The notes under the pieces: generated by a model
What the model was told of the DNA's origin: nothing
Database searches by the model: none
Seen by the model: the letters and a program-made list of their open reading frames with translations, nothing else
Program-made: the position numbers and the translations under genes
Shown: in pieces, positions 13,339 through 28,406 of the stretch
How the letters are laid out: each line of letters opens with the position of its first letter
Numbering within the stretch: the first letter of the stretch is position 1
From: Phoronis australis
Taxonomy: Eukaryota; Animalia; Phoronida
Assembly: GCA_002633005.1 (NCBI GenBank)
Contig: NMRA01000164.1
Span: 372,489-436,488, forward strand
Length of the DNA: 64,000 nucleotides
Direction: 5' to 3'

Positions 13339-15753
13339 TGTCTGAATCAGGGGTGCATTCCGTAGAAGCCCTACTTGCCACGAGAAATCGTCACATGCAT
13401 GAATAACATACCCAAATTCAAAATTCCACCATTACCAATCACTTCATGGGCCACCACGTTACGCTAGTAAAGTCTCAAACATTATCCCAAAACACTCGCC
13501 TTTCACATTTGATTATGCTTAGTCTTGCATGACCTTGTTTTTCGGCTGGATTCTCAAAGTCTCCTGAGATCAGAGGCTAACAGAATCTAACTGATTCTGT
13601 TTTTGGCCTAACAGTCAGCATATAGCGTGTTGATAGCACAACTTCCTTCCTGTACCATTGCACGAGACCAAAAAGTTGACCTCATCCACAGACGTTTTGC
13701 AGGGTTGGCATTCTGTTCAAGACATTTACATATTGATCGTTGCTTTGCAATAAAAATTCATTCTACCACGAGGAGTGTCACGCGTCCAATCCCATGCGAT
13801 GCATTGGATCACACGAATCCTGTCAACTACAGTGCAATTTTTTTACTGAATAAGTGCGTCCTAAATGCATTATTTGGTGGATTTGAGCAACTGGTGCAAA
13901 AAAGTGTATTTCAAATTATTACGACCATCAACGTGTGCACACGAACCGGGAACATATACTACACATAACAAATCTATACAATTTAATGGCTACAACTACG
14001 GTATGCAAACATCTAAGTGAAATTCGTTTCGTGTGCAGTGGGGAGGTAAATTGCGATCATCAGATATCATAGCTACTACGTTGGAAAGTTTGTATCATAT
14101 GTTTACAGGTGAAATAATATCTATACTTATTGGTACCCGGCGACAGAAGTTGCAGTTATAAACTACCGCGGGTGGCAGAGTCAATAATGATGACCAATTT
14201 TTTACCGATTGACTGCATTTTGCCGAATCAGCTCTGATCATTTTTTATTCATGCCTCTTTCAAAATCAGTCATTATTCTTTGTTTCCAGGCGGTGTACTG
14301 CCAAATATGATCAGAGTCTCAGTGAACCCAAGCATGGCACAGGCATCAGCTAACAAGGACATACTTTGATGGCACAACGACTACAGAGATTTAAATAACC
14401 TCTATTTTAGTTCCATTGCTACCATACAATTCACGAGGCACCCAACAGGTGACGTTAAGCATAAAATCAAAATTGTTAATAATTAACATACTACAATTAG
14501 TCACAGGCTTTTGACGCACAAAAATCAAATTCATCCCCATGGGAATTCAGAAAAAACAAGATGGCCTCTTTGATCAATGTTTAATTTTTTCATCTCAATG
14601 AAATTTTCAAGCAAAATTAAATTCATGAAATTTGATGAACCGGATGGTTAGAAAAAGCATTATGATCACAAAGGAGTGGGGGCCTCTAATTAGTGATTCC
14701 AAGTGAAAGTTGAAATTAGACAAGTCGCTAGACTGCTAATAGCCAAGGTGGAAGAGGAAATGAAAGATCCAGGGAACAAGTGGCAATTATCAGCTAATTA
14801 CACTTAATCGATAACGAGCAGAAAGCAGAGAAATTTCACTGATCTTCCTCCTTGTTCATTAACTTAACAAGAATGAACTTTTCGTCTCCTTGGAGACCGA
14901 CGACTTCAACAATAAGAAATGGCCTGTTGTAGAAGAGATCATTAAAATACTGAATGGCAGTTATTAATTAGTACAGAAATTCGTTGTCGGAAAATGCATT
15001 CCTTTCTTTGTCATGCAAAAACATAGCACTCCACAATTCCAATTAAGAACAAGAAAAGCACTTGATAGGCTTGCACAAAAATGGCTGATATGAAGATAAC
15101 CGTCGACGATATGCTGATACTAGCGGCAATTTTCGCACTGGTTATAAGTTTTCAGACACGCTAATTACTGCCAACCTTCTATGGTTTCACTTGTATGTGG
15201 ACTACATTAAACCACAGCTTATGGTAACATATGCAAATGCATTGCGCATAAGCATCACATACAAGTTGAGATGGTTAGCAGACCTAATTGAACAAGGGTA
15301 TAAATGGCTTAGTCAACATGAATACACGCAAGGCTTAGAAGCCGTTTCATACCAACTTAACATTGATAATAAAGGAGCGTTGATGTAAACTGCGAAGTTA
15401 GTTGAACATTTTAAACTGGCTTTGGATGCTATTAGGGAACCAAAACTGTTGTAGTTTAATGTAACGATCACAAAAAGTTAATGCAAGATGTTCCAAAAAC
15501 ATTATCAAGGCAAAACTTTTTTGAAGTTTTGTACATATTGTCAAAATGAAGGGCTTAGATTGGTAGAAAGAATATTTGAAAAAAAAACTAATATCACATC
15601 ATACCACAATGTAAACTGCTAGTGACAGCGACACCTGTCGATAACTCCAATTACACCTAAGTTAATCTTTCATACTGCATCGAACCGGGAGGAAAAATCA
15701 ACATTACACTGTTAATTCCATCTATTTACTGCGAAGTTAACTTGCGCTTTTAA

Positions 15754-17539
15754 AGTCCTTCTTGCAAACTGCCCATGTGGTTCCAGTATCCGAAAATACT
15801 TACTACATAAATTCTTATTTTCGACACCCTGTCTTTATATTCTTTTCGCCTTTCTTGCCAAAAGCGATTTTTTAACAGTATTTGACCCTTCTCTTTGAGC
15901 GTATGATTACCGGTTGTCATCGGTTATTTCCGTACCCACATTTCCGGCTCATCAGTTCAGGAACTTGTCCTGAACGCCGCCATTTTTTTCTTGTAACTGA
16001 ATGTGCTATGGCTTGCTCGAAAAGTCTTAATTATTTTGTTTTATTAGAAACATATCGTGATTCGTTTGCATATGTAGTGTATTTATAGTTTGTAGTTTGT
16101 GGTCGTTGATTTTTTGGAATGTTACGCGTACTTAGTATGTTAAAATAGCATTGGTGTTTAGTTCCTTACGTAGGCCGGTCGAACCTAGGAACCAATATGG
16201 GTCGAACCTATTTTTTTTCGGTTTTATTTTTTTCCTCGTTTTGAAAAAGAACTTTATCATCGGAAAGGCAGTACATTCTACTCAGTAAAAATCGATAAAG
16301 TATCAAAATCGGGGCAAGCACTGTAAAGTTATTGCGAGTTTTGTGGCGAAATTTGGGTCACTTTGTTTGGATCGCGTCGGCCATATTGGAGGACAGCGGG
16401 ATAAGTTACGAGTTTAAAACTTTGTGTAAATTGTTTTCGCCAACAAATTACGGTGACATTTAGTTAGACATAACTTTATTTACTATTCTGCACGATTTAG
16501 CAGTGTTCACCAAATTTCAGCCTCGCAGTTGTTACTCATTAAGTGATAACTGTGCTCACAATTCCCGTTGAACTTCGTCTCATTTCTGGCGGAACCTACA
16601 ATGTCGACTTTTGCTGAACTGAAAGGCATGTTCAATGGGCTACTTTGTAATTTGTGAAGATTTAACGTTGATACATTTTGACAAATGTTGCTACAAAAAA
16701 GAAACTTTGTTCAATTTTCGTGTTTTTTGTGTTTGTGGCCAGCGACCAGTTAGGCCTAAGGGTAGTCTTGGCGCAAAGCTGCTTCCCGTTCAGTAACGCT
16801 AGGACCTCGCTAAAAAGCAAGACTTCGCGAGAATACGTGAGATTTCGCCGTGTATTTTGAATAAGAACACGTGACTTTGACTAGGTTTTAGCTAGGTCCT
16901 AGCGTAGGTCCTAGCGTCTACTGAACGCACGCCTGTATAGGCCTACTAACAAGCTGTATTTTGACTATAGTCTTCACTGGTTGCTGGTGACTGAGGCTAA
17001 CTAAGGTCTACTGCGGCAGTGTTACACAGGACTAACCAGCCTGTAATTTCATGCAAGTATCATTTGACCATTTTAGTTCGACAAAACAGCTTGCAACCGC
17101 ATGCATTTACCGTTCGCCAGTGTCTGGTCTCGATCCGCACCGGCTGTCCGATAGGCTGCGGTCCCGAGTATGGCAAAATAATTTCTGTCAAAATTTATTC
17201 ACCACATTTCTTCAGCAAATTCGTTAAAATGTTTGATTTTATTAAAATTAAGGCGCGCTGTCGATCATTTTATCCCCGTTTGCTGGCTGGTAACAGTACA
17301 GGCACTGCTCCAGTCGCACTGACGGCGCTTTCTTGGCCTGGGTTCCTGAATGAATTGTACTTCCGGGTTCACGGCAAGTTCAAAATGGCGGTGTTTCTTC
17401 GGGTGCGAATCGTGAGTGGCGCGTTCATTTAAACTTTTTTCGAGTACGGATTGTGTATTAGTTATGGGGTAGGTACTTCTTGGATCCTTATAACATCTTC
17501 TAACCACGTAATAAGGGTTAACAACCCGAGAGAAGGACT
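15754..17539 (+). mobile_element. Non-autonomous Kolobok-like DNA transposon, copy 1
   Basis: TTAA on both sides (15750-15753, 17540-17543) and TIR AGTCCTTCT...AGAAGGACT. A closely similar inverted copy lies at 62903-63897. A TTAA TSD with 5'-RR termini fits Kolobok rather than piggyBac (5'-CC). No transposase ORF was recognised. Confidence 0.85.
16787..16927. mobile_element. Small MITE-like inverted repeat nested inside the Kolobok-like element
   Basis: CGTTCAGTAACGCTAGGACCTCGCTA ... TAGCGTAGGTCCTAGCGTCTACTGAACG, imperfect ~27-bp inverted arms. Confidence 0.65.
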
Positions 17540-20106
17540 TTAACTCCGAGCCAAGACCGAAGTTAACCGTTCTTACCAACCAACTCTCCCCAAGACACAT
17601 AGGCATGAAAAGCTCTAAAGTAACACTACAATATCACAAGATGTCTGTGAAGCATTTGTATGGAGAACCCAATATCCCAATATCTCAAAAAAGCTAACAT
17701 TGTTTAGTTGAATGCTTTTAAAAACTGCCAAAACTGACTGTGCCGCATATATCGCACATTCACTCATACCACACACTTACCATATGACTACATTTAAGAT
17801 GTCGGTTCCCGATATATAGGTGTTCTTTAACACAAATTTCTAACAATTAAAAAGTGCACAACTCATCAGCCAAGGTGACCACTATCACCAACGACATTGC
17901 GGGTTCTTTAAGAAGTTACAGAAAAAAATAGAATTTGGTATATTAAATTGGACTATTCGAAAGACAAGGTGTGCTTTAATGGCAGTACTCTGACATCTGG
18001 CTGTATTCATCATTTAATATGTGCTATATCCTACAAATAACAGATGTCTGATGTTAATGAGCATTTTATAATTAATATTAACTGCACTTTATGACGCGAT
18101 GATTATTTGTGTAATATGCCCAAGCCCAAGTCCTCACATATAGTAAACCTTAACGTTATCATTGCTGACACGTTCAGGTTGTTGGAAGGTGAAATATAAT
18201 CCACGTCTCATTTGCATACGGAGAGATTTCATTTAACTTCATATTGTAGATTGCTCGCCTGCCAGTAGATACTCCGACTCTCGTATAAGATTTCATAAAC
18301 GAAGCCGTACACAACAGTGTTACGGTGTGGAAAGCAGTCCGACTATTGCATACAGCTCGTCAGAAATGAGTCAAATGAACACAAAGTGCAGGCTCATCAT
18401 GATGACACGAAATGGCTTCATCAAGAGATACATAATATATTGATGTATGAGTGGTTTTGTTAACAATAAATGTACGAAATCAATCTCATGCTCCACTAAC
18501 ATATAGTTTTAAAAGCAAAAAGCATCCTGAGGTGAACCGTGACAACACAGCAATCTCCCACTGCAGTCAGTTATGCTGAATTCTTCAGTAATGTTACAAT
18601 CAAAATAGTGAGAAAAGAAGTTCAGCAAGATGTAGACCAGATGGAATGAGTCTGTTTACAAGTGGGGTGTCCACTGTCTTCAATAACCAGACTAGCGTGG
18701 TGTGTTTGCTGTACCTGCTGTTTATTTTAACACCATCACTGTGGTAATCAACAGTGCTTTGGATTTGACAACAGCCGCCCAAATGAGAAAAACGGTCACA
18801 ACAAAACATTGGGAGAGATCATTACAAACATCAGGTTCACTTCAAAGACATGTTTTTGAGAGACTGCAGGACACATAATTTAGCATTAAGGCATTTGGGG
18901 GTAGGCATTGCGTAAAAAAACAATAGAATTTGTGTGCAGTGCAGTATTTAGTAAACATACATTCTTTCAACCTCCGCAAACCCCTAATAACCCACAAGGG
19001 AAACAATAATTGATTATCCAAAAGGGAGTTTTTGCATCATCATGTATTTGCATGTGCTAATGTTCATTATAATGGGTCCCGTTCTCGGAAAATCAGGCCT
19101 GTGACCTCGAGTAGCATTTCACCCAGACGTTTTTCAGCAACGCCAACACAAACTTATCGCAGAGAAAGCTGCGCTCTACCACCGGTGCATGGTTGAATCT
19201 TTTGTCAAAGATACTCTGCACTGTAATCACAGAAATGGCACCAAACAGTTCCAAAATAAACAGTAAACAGATCATTACTAACAATTCTTTTGATGTCTGA
19301 TGCCGTGTCCATTTGAGCACAGGCACCAGTTTCTCTAAGGGCAACTTATCCCCAATCAGACACCATTGTCAAGGCACAAATGATCAGAAGAAATCAGTGT
19401 GAACAGATCGAGCCAAATGCCCAACAGGACACAACTTTAAGCGCCAAATGATTTTTACACCCGCAGCTTTACGCGATGTGATTGGTCTGAGTTAGCTTCA
19501 CTTTTACCACCAGGATAGCTCCGACACTGTCGAAATCACTTATCGCCAGTTACTGAAATCCAATTTGACTTGAAGTCTAAGACGAAAAATTACTCATTTT
19601 TTTCAATTTTCTAGTAGCACATTAAAAAGGTAAGTATAAATTTTAATTACAAGAAATCTCTATGGTGTCAATCACCTCAGAAACCACTCAAGTACTTCTA
19701 TCAGCAACCTAAGTATTATCATCACTAGCGCATGTCCAGGGGGCATGGACACTTGGCTTAACACTCAACACCACAGACTTTAAACTTGATAATGCAGAGA
19801 ACAGAAGAGAAACTGACAAGAGGCAATTAAAACAGAGATAGGACATTCACAGGAAAACCAGTCAGGGAAATGTACAAGAGGTTTTTGACTAGTGTGTCTC
19901 ATACCACAATTTCCATTAACTGTTCCTGAGCATTTGCTACACACCAGCTGAATGTCTTTAGTAATGATTATGCTTTTTGTGAACAATAGCGGGTTGGTCT
20001 TAATTTTCAAGAGAAAAATGACAAGCAATTGGAACAACCTATAGGTGTTCATCCACTAAATGAAATACCATTGTCTCAGTTTCAGCTGGATTCCACTGAA
20101 TAAAGA

Positions 20107-20484
20107 CTTGTCCACACGCAAACTTACTCTAGAACAACTTGGACTAGTGCAACATGCCCCACTTAATGTGTAGCGCACACACATCCGATAACTAGGGAAG
20201 TTGTCGCTCTGTGCACGACAATGGACAGCTGATGTGAATGAAGGCGCAAAAGACCTATCTGCATGTAACCGCAGCAAATAATTACTCCCGCCTTGTCCCA
20301 GGTTTGCGGCCACACAGCGATTAGAAGTGGCGGAAGTTAACCTAGAACAAGTTACCCTACTTCAATAAGGTGGAGTAAGTTGTCACAAGTGGGGCAAGTT
20401 GCACCAGTTTAAGTAGTGTCCAGACAGCTCCTAAATCTAGCGACAACTTGTAACTTGTCCTACAGTAAGTCTGTCTGTGGACAG
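20107..20484. mobile_element. Degenerate MITE (family B)
   Basis: TGTCCACA ... TGTGGACA termini. Internal tagaacaagtta/aagttgc subrepeats are shared with 12803-13338. Confidence 0.5.
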
Positions 20485-21589
20485 CACACAAACACTAATA
20501 TTACTGACTAATTGTGTTACCTTACACTGTAAATAAATTAGCTTACAATCGCTAAGAGGCAGTCCAACATTTTCAAAATCAACAGTGTGGGGTGGAGTTA
20601 AAGAATGACTGACAAATGCTTCTAAAATGTTTGTAAAAATGTCAGTGTCAATGGAAAATACCAATGCAGAGAAGAAAATCAACATTTTTGGAGTACGGCC
20701 TTCATGAGGAGGATGGGAGTCTGCTTAAAGAAAATGCCCATAGTAACCATAGTAACCATAATGGATGATCTATGATGAAAGGGAATGGTAAAAAATACTG
20801 AGGGCAAAAATCAAGAACAAGGGGCAACATAGGAGTCAAAAAGAAAAAGTAACAGATACAACTGGCATTTAATGAACACGGTTTTGATGGACTGTCAGAG
20901 GCTAGGAATACCTTATCAGGTTGTTGGAGACAGTGAAGGTCACAGAATCTGCTCTCTGCTGTGTGCAGTAATAAAGTTATCAGTAAAAAATCACAACTTG
21001 GTTTGCACTATCATATTTTGACATTTCAAATTCTCCATCAGGAAATGACAGTCTCTTTTATTGAATCAGCCGGTGAAAAACATATGATGAGGAAATAATT
21101 AGACAAGTGATTAGTTTACCACCATTAGCCCAAAACAGCTACTAGGAATGTTCTATGTCACTGGTGTTAAAAATGATTCTACATTTCATTAGATGTTAGT
21201 ATTATTGTTCAAAACTACAGGTGAACATAGGTCATTACAGTTACTGTTTTTGAACCATGCGTACTGTCTAATGGTTAAGTCTGTATGCTGACAGGGGCGG
21301 AAAAATGCAGTAATATACATGGTTGTGTGTAATTAACACCCTAGCCTATCAGATATGAATGTGATTAGTGTGGACTGCCCTGTGTTATGTCTGAACCCAT
21401 GACCTGAGCAAGCTGATGGCAAGCTAACACAGGATCATGAGTCAACCGAGTGATGGCAATTTGCATACAGACAATGTGTCATTTCGCAAAAGATTCAAAT
21501 TTAAGTGACCATTCTAATATAACCATAGCAATAACATGGGTATTTGTAAGGCTGGCAATGTGATATCAAATGTAACGCAAAACTTTTAA

Positions 21590-22030
21590 GATGTGAGATT
21601 TACAACAATGTATTGTATAGAGAATTATTTAGAAATAGTTGGTATCCCACGTGTTTTTATCCAGTCTCTGACTCGATTGCGAGGCTCAAATCATTTGTTA
21701 CTGGTGGAAAGAAGTCGCCACACAAACATTCCCTATGAGAATGGGTTGTGTAAATTATGTAATTCGGGATGTGTGGAGGACGATTACCACGATTACCACG
21801 TTGTGTTAGTCTGCAGTGCGTAACAAGACCTTCGGGTTCAGTAGTACTTAAGTGATCGCTTTTGACATTCTCCCACAACATTTAAATTTGAATCTCTCTA
21901 ATACGTCCACCATGCACTCAAGCGTCACAATTTACTATCCAGTCTGTAACGCACCTGACAATGTACTATCTTGTACATGTAATACTTTGGGCCTATGGCC
22001 TAATGTATATGTTTCGATAAAGAAAGATTT
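21590..22030 (+). mobile_element. 5'-truncated non-LTR retrotransposon (LINE) remnant: C-terminal zinc-knuckle region plus 3' tail
   Basis: The translation LTRLRGSNHLLLVERSRHTNIPYENGLCKLCNSGCVEDDYH(DYH)VVLVC matches the R-x-S-x-H-x-L...GR...CxxC...ED-x-x-H...C pattern at the end of invertebrate LINE ORF2 proteins. It contains a 9-bp duplication and an early stop. Confidence 0.75.
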
Positions 22031-25000
22031 TAAATTAAAGCCTTAGAACATTGAACGAATATTTAATTTAGTTGTATTGAGCAATCCCAATAGTCCCGGC
22101 AACACATAAGCAACATAAACAAACAAGATTTAATCACTCAAACAGAGTCTTGTCAAATGATGCATGAATTACTTTTTTACCATATTGCCTCACAGCAAGA
22201 ATACAGAAGAAAAGAAGACCAAAAGTATTTGAATTGAACAGTGGCCTGGATGGTAAACTATACAAGGATTCTCGCAGAGACTTAGATGAAAGTAAACCAG
22301 TAAGTCTTACCCTTCATCAATTTTGACAATTTTTGACATTAGTATACTCAGAGTGATTCTCAAAACGTAGGAACTCACGTGAGTTACCATTCGAGAAACG
22401 CTTCAACATGACTTTAAAAACAGCGTTTATGTGGGTATGCAAAGCTGAATGTAATTTTTTTAAAGATACACTTCCCTTCTATTGTCACTTCTTAAATGTT
22501 CAATTGAGAAATGATTTGATTAAGCTTTTAACTGAATGCAATATTTCTTTCAATGGTAGCATTGGTCCAACATTCATCTGAATTTGGAAGAAAACCTGTG
22601 ATCAAACAGAAGTGGCCAAATTTTCATAGGTCATGATCTCTAAGGCGTTTTTGACAAGTGAATGCTCTGGATCATCTTAGAATCAATGGAAAACAAGTCT
22701 TATCTAATGAGTAAGCAGTCTAATTTTGATTTTTGGTCTTCAGAGAAATAAGCAGAAAGAAATGCGTTTTTAAGATTGGTTGTGTCGGGTATTTTGAAGC
22801 GAGTGCTTAATGAAGAGACTTGGTGTATAATTAATTAAAGAAGATTTTTCACATCAAGATATGTACTGAATGCATTGCTTGATTCAAAGAATAAATAATC
22901 TTCGGTGAACAACCAGAGCGACATTTAAGAATCATCACAGCCAACGCGCAGAAATCATTAACACAAGTTTGTGTTATCATTACTTACAACGGCATCAAAA
23001 CAAAGTATGACTTTGGGAACTAGACTAATGCCAACTAAGAACTAGCCATCATGTTGAATGACGGGCAGTATTTGCATATATGTAGAGTAATTAACTCGCT
23101 GTACGACGATGGCTGAAACAATGTAGGTCGCGTAGTGATAAAAATATCACATCAAACGATACAGTTATTGTTGGAATGGATTTTCAAAGAGGGCGTTTTT
23201 TTCTGGTCTTGTCCAGTAACATTTTCATCTGGAATGCCTGGTAGCAAGGTTAAGCTGGTGATAAAACATCAATTATTACAGGACAGCAACCCACTTGGAA
23301 CAAGACAAGAATCTAATCAATTAGGTTTCTATAATTTATCACCATAAAAACTGTGTTTGGCACAGCAGCATGTTTTATTCATTTTCTGATCAATGACAGA
23401 TGCGTAACAACCAGAATTTTAAAAACTTTCAAGTTGTCAGTCACCATCGTAAAATTATGATTGCAACTTTAGAGCTGGTAGCAATGAAAATGTGAGCCAC
23501 CATGCCAACAACTAGCAACCGGTTTTGTCACTATGACTGCACACTCCTGTGTTTGCAAGGTGGCGCTACAATTACATTTTGTAACCTTGTAGTAAATCTG
23601 TCTACAAGTCTTTAATACTTACCTTTTTCTGAACACTTTTCTAAGTCAGGGTTGCGTTTAGTAGCAAAAAAATTAGAGGAATGGAAGTCACTCAAAAAGT
23701 AACACGTACATGAACTTGAACCAAGTTGTGGCAGGATTGTTCTCTCCCCAGTTTTTTCTTTCTTCATATGGAGGAGACCACACGGAGTGCAAGTTTCAAA
23801 CTTACTGATCTGTCGAAAAAGTAAATAGTTTTACTTTAAATTTCTAGATATTCAAGATGAAGTATGGTGTGACAGTAATTGTCCAACAAACATGATGATA
23901 AAACATCAATTTCAATGGGCGATTTTCATAAAATCCACAGTGAACTCTAGTTTAATTTATCAAACGTTCAAAACTGGAGGTTTCTATTTTTCTCTTGTAC
24001 AAATTGGACCAGGAAACGAGGTACCATGTCTTTGAGAGGAGTATACCTGCCAAATTTGAAGGTAGGCACGAAGCAGTTGAACAAACTAGAATAGACATGA
24101 AAAAATAAAAATAAAATAGGAATTGTCATGAGTGGAGAAACAGAGATCGGTTCAGTCCTGACACTGACAAGAGCCGTGAAAACGATACTGCAAGAGAGTT
24201 TACACCGCAAACTGGTGAAAACAACTGAATGATGCCGAGAAAATTCTGACAACCAGGAGTGATGAAAGAACAACAGCAAGGGTTTACAATAGATTAAAGG
24301 GTCTGATGATTCTAACCACTGACTTTTCAATACCTGGCTATGGTCCTAGGTGCCCACTTTATCAAGGGCCGCATGTCTGGCCATAGTGAAGACAATCGTA
24401 GAGACGTTATTGCGAAGATGAAGTTGCATTTTCTTAAGAGAGAAATATCGCCACATACATAAACCATGTCAATAAATCGTTTGCACAGAAAAATAAAGAT
24501 GGGACAGTTTGAGCTACAACCAGACTTGCGACCTTTGATAAAACGGGTCCCTGGGGAAAAGTTTACCAAAACAAAACTTAAGTAGCTTCGGTAAAAATTT
24601 TTCAGTTTGAGACATGGAATGGTGGACAATTCGAATTTCATTGTTTTTTCAACAAAAATACATTCGTGACAATTTTACGTCATTGTTGACATAGTTTACA
24701 TGGTACTGCTTTCATAAAGTATGGTAATATAAAGTAAAATTCTGAGCACTTGAAGCAAATGTAGTAAGCCCTTGAAACATGGAAAAATGGCAGACAGTGG
24801 AAACTATTGTCTCAAAATTGAATGTTTACCTTAATGATGTGAGAAATAGCTTGTTTACTTCAAATGCTTACCACAGATTTGTTAAGGGCTGAAAATATTA
24901 CAGGTGTCTTCTGCTCACGGTCACCACAATTTCTGAAAAAATACCCCACATTTTTAAAACAAAATATGTACACTATTTTCCACAACCTTCCACTGCAACA

Positions 25001-28000
25001 CGTTTGCCAGCACTTGCAACACATGTGATAAAACTGCACCAAGGTTGGAAACAAGGCTTCACCTTCATTCAGTAATCGTGCATCGGGTTAAAAATTGCCA
25101 AAAGACCTTCTTTATTTATTTCCAATAAATCAAAAACAAAACAAGAGAAAGGGTTCAAAAAGGACAAAAGACCATGTCACACAGACAGTTATAGAGTAAT
25201 ATAATGTATATACTGTGCTCTTCACAACCTTGTGGGCGACTTGATTAATAACACTTTCAGTGCAGTCCTACTAAAGACCTTGAGTACATTGAATTGATAA
25301 GGATATCATACTGGTGTCAAATGGTACTATGGAAATACGAGAAAATTATCTAAATAACAAAACTTTGTGGGGACAGTTAAATATTTTTCATTGTGACTGT
25401 TCATGTCTTGACATCATAACTTTAATTTCGGATCTAAAAGAAACTTTGATTTTCTGTAGAATGTTTAACTTACATTATCTTAATTTGTGGTGACACCTAG
25501 TGGCTAAAATAAGACAATTGTTCTGCGCGGTAGTGTCATTGAAAAGCGAGTCTCTAGCAACACCTGTTTACTGTACTTACCTGAAAAGTTTATAAAAAAT
25601 TCCTCCTTCTTGCCCAAAGTTAAGGAAGTGTTTAGTACAGTAACAATATATGTATATCATGCCTTCCAAGTGATGCACATCAAAAGAAAATTTCCCTGTT
25701 AACAATTGTCTTTACTGCTTTAAATTAGGCTTAGCAACCACTAGATATAATAGCCCATTGAAAGGGAATAAATGGCAATTGGGTTACAAGTCAAGTAAAT
25801 GTGCATTACAGAGCATGTTAGTTGCCACTGGCTTCCAGTATGTTTGTTGATGTTCACACACTTTCAATACAGGTTTGGGTTTTCAGTTGTGTTGAATCCC
25901 AATACACACATACATATGCACCATATCCTCCATAAAGTTTGGCTCTGCGACTTAAGATAACTGGACTATATATATATATATACCGGGTATATGGAAATTT
26001 GGTGTCTGAAATACCACAAGCAATGAGAAATTAATCAATCTGATTTTTCCATGTATTTAAGTTATTTCTTCTTGTTAGTGAACAGAATAAGTGAAAAGGC
26101 ACCGTTCTTGCAGTAAGAGTACATAAATATTGTGGATAACACATAAGTGTCTTATATCCTTGTTGTTTGTTAAAACCTGGAAATGTTGGTGATCAGGGAG
26201 GAGGGGATTTTTTATCGTAAACCAAAAGATTCACCCCTCTCGGAAGGCAAAGGCACACTTCACCTCAGGTAAGTGCGGACCCTGCGCTAAGAACTAACAA
26301 ACCAGTAAACATTCCCACAAAACAATACAGGAGTAATCCAGCCATAAAGGTGTCACTGATTACACACTATTCAAACCATTCTATGCAGCTAGCCTAAGTC
26401 TAATCACAATTAATCAAACTGATTTCCATCAAACAATGCCAAATTCCAACAGAGTTGGTTTTCTTTCCACATAGCTAATCATAAACAACACATGAAAGTC
26501 CATGCCAATAAAACCCTGCCAAGAGCCAAACAAAAGCTCCTGCATTCAATGTATAGTTTCAACATTACTGCTGACCTGCGTGCTTCTGCTGTTTTTACAC
26601 ATACAATAAATATAATATGAGCTTAGTCTAGGAACAATAATGTTACATACATGACACCTTGTCTTAACTGGAGCATATTGAAAGAAATAATAATTTGACT
26701 CAAAGCCGAAGCCGGCCATTCAGATGTCTTTGCAGTTAAATTAGTTTACAATTAATGAACATGGTCTCGGCAAGAGAGAACCAACCTTTAGATAAACACA
26801 TTTGGCAACTGGAATATTATTTCATGAAACAGAAGTTTTTGTTTGAGCAAACAATTAACTATAAATGAGAGACTGCATAAAAGAAAATTTCACCTGTTCC
26901 CACTACTTTTTCCCTGAGAAAAAATTTGCACAGAGACGCTCATTAAGGTACCTTTTAAAAACACAGACAAACCACATGTATTCATTATTTACAATGACCA
27001 ATGGACAGACACCAGATGTAGAACAGAAAGAGACCTATTTAGCTTTTCCTTAAAAAATAACTAACTTCAGTAGACCCCATCCAACAACCAGAAGTCCCAG
27101 CATAAAGTTAATAATTTTTCCTCAACACTGATGAAATGGCAACCCAGAATGTGAGTCACTAAATTATTCCTCTTAACAAGTAATCAACCATTAAAAGTTA
27201 AGCCTTTTAACAGAATTTCATGTCAGTTTCATTATAACATGATTGAAAAAAGTTTAGCAGCAGCATATATTACTTTAATTTATTTTTCACATCCGGTCAC
27301 TCATATTTAAGAAAAGGGTCAAACAAAATTATTTATTAAAAAATAGATCTCCTGAAGCATAGCGAATAAACGACTGATAAATTATTCAAGTAAAATATCA
27401 ATCATCATTATTTTTATTACGCACAATCATTTTACATTAATGTGTTGCCATGGTGATATGCATAAATTTCCCACGTGAACTACAATTAGCTAGATTTCCT
27501 CTCAAATAACAATCTAGCAGAGAGCCTACCCAACTCAAATCCCGTAGTAAATGTTCCTAGGTCCCTGTAATAATTATGCCAACCCCAACAGACATACATA
27601 GTTACTGAGCATTTAGACACTCTGCCAGTAATCAATATCTGATCCCAGCTTACAGACCAGACACCTGTCTCGACCAACAAGTATATACATTCCTACACTG
27701 TGCCCTGTGGTCACACAACGTTCGGCTGTTTCCCCCACTTGCCCCAGCTGACTAAAAAAAACTTGGAATACTTCGCAAAAAACACTAAAAGCAAAAACAA
27801 ATTTGTTTGTGCGACCAACAGTTGTCGTCTCACGCGCGCAAACCAATAGTCAGACAGCACGTGGGTGAACAGGTCACGGTTAAAAATAGGAACGTTCACC
27901 TGAAATCTACTCGAGGAATTCCCAAGAAAGCTCGCAAAGTGAGCAGGTGCGCGCTAGACACTGAGCCGGATTAATGCTGCCGACGGGACGTGAGTTTAGA

Positions 28001-28406
28001 GTCAGTAAAAGATAGACGGATTAGCCAGTAACTTGTTTGCACAGCAAAATGCCAAGGGACTCGCGATGTTATCCAATAAGGCAATATACTGTATTCATAG
28101 ATATATCTAATCACATTTTGAAAAATAAACAAACATCAAAATATTTCATCTAGATACACAGACTGACACAGCACACCAAATCCCCAGGAAAATAACTAAT
28201 CATCAGTGAACTAACGGCCTCAACGAGTCGGGACCCGTTAATAACACGGGGATTTACAACGGTGTCGGCTGGCAAAGCCACCGGACAAGCCGACTTTTTA
28301 AACGAAAATAGGTACAACGTGTTCAGCTGAGCCGTAAAAACAACAACTGACTTATCGAGTAGAATCTTACGATCAATTTCCTACCTTAAACCAAGGCGAT
28401 CAGAGC

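Noticed and set aside
23968-24641. Adjacent minus-strand ORFs of 120 and 104 aa
   Set aside because: No homology or motif was recognised, and the composition is typical of random AT-rich ORFs.
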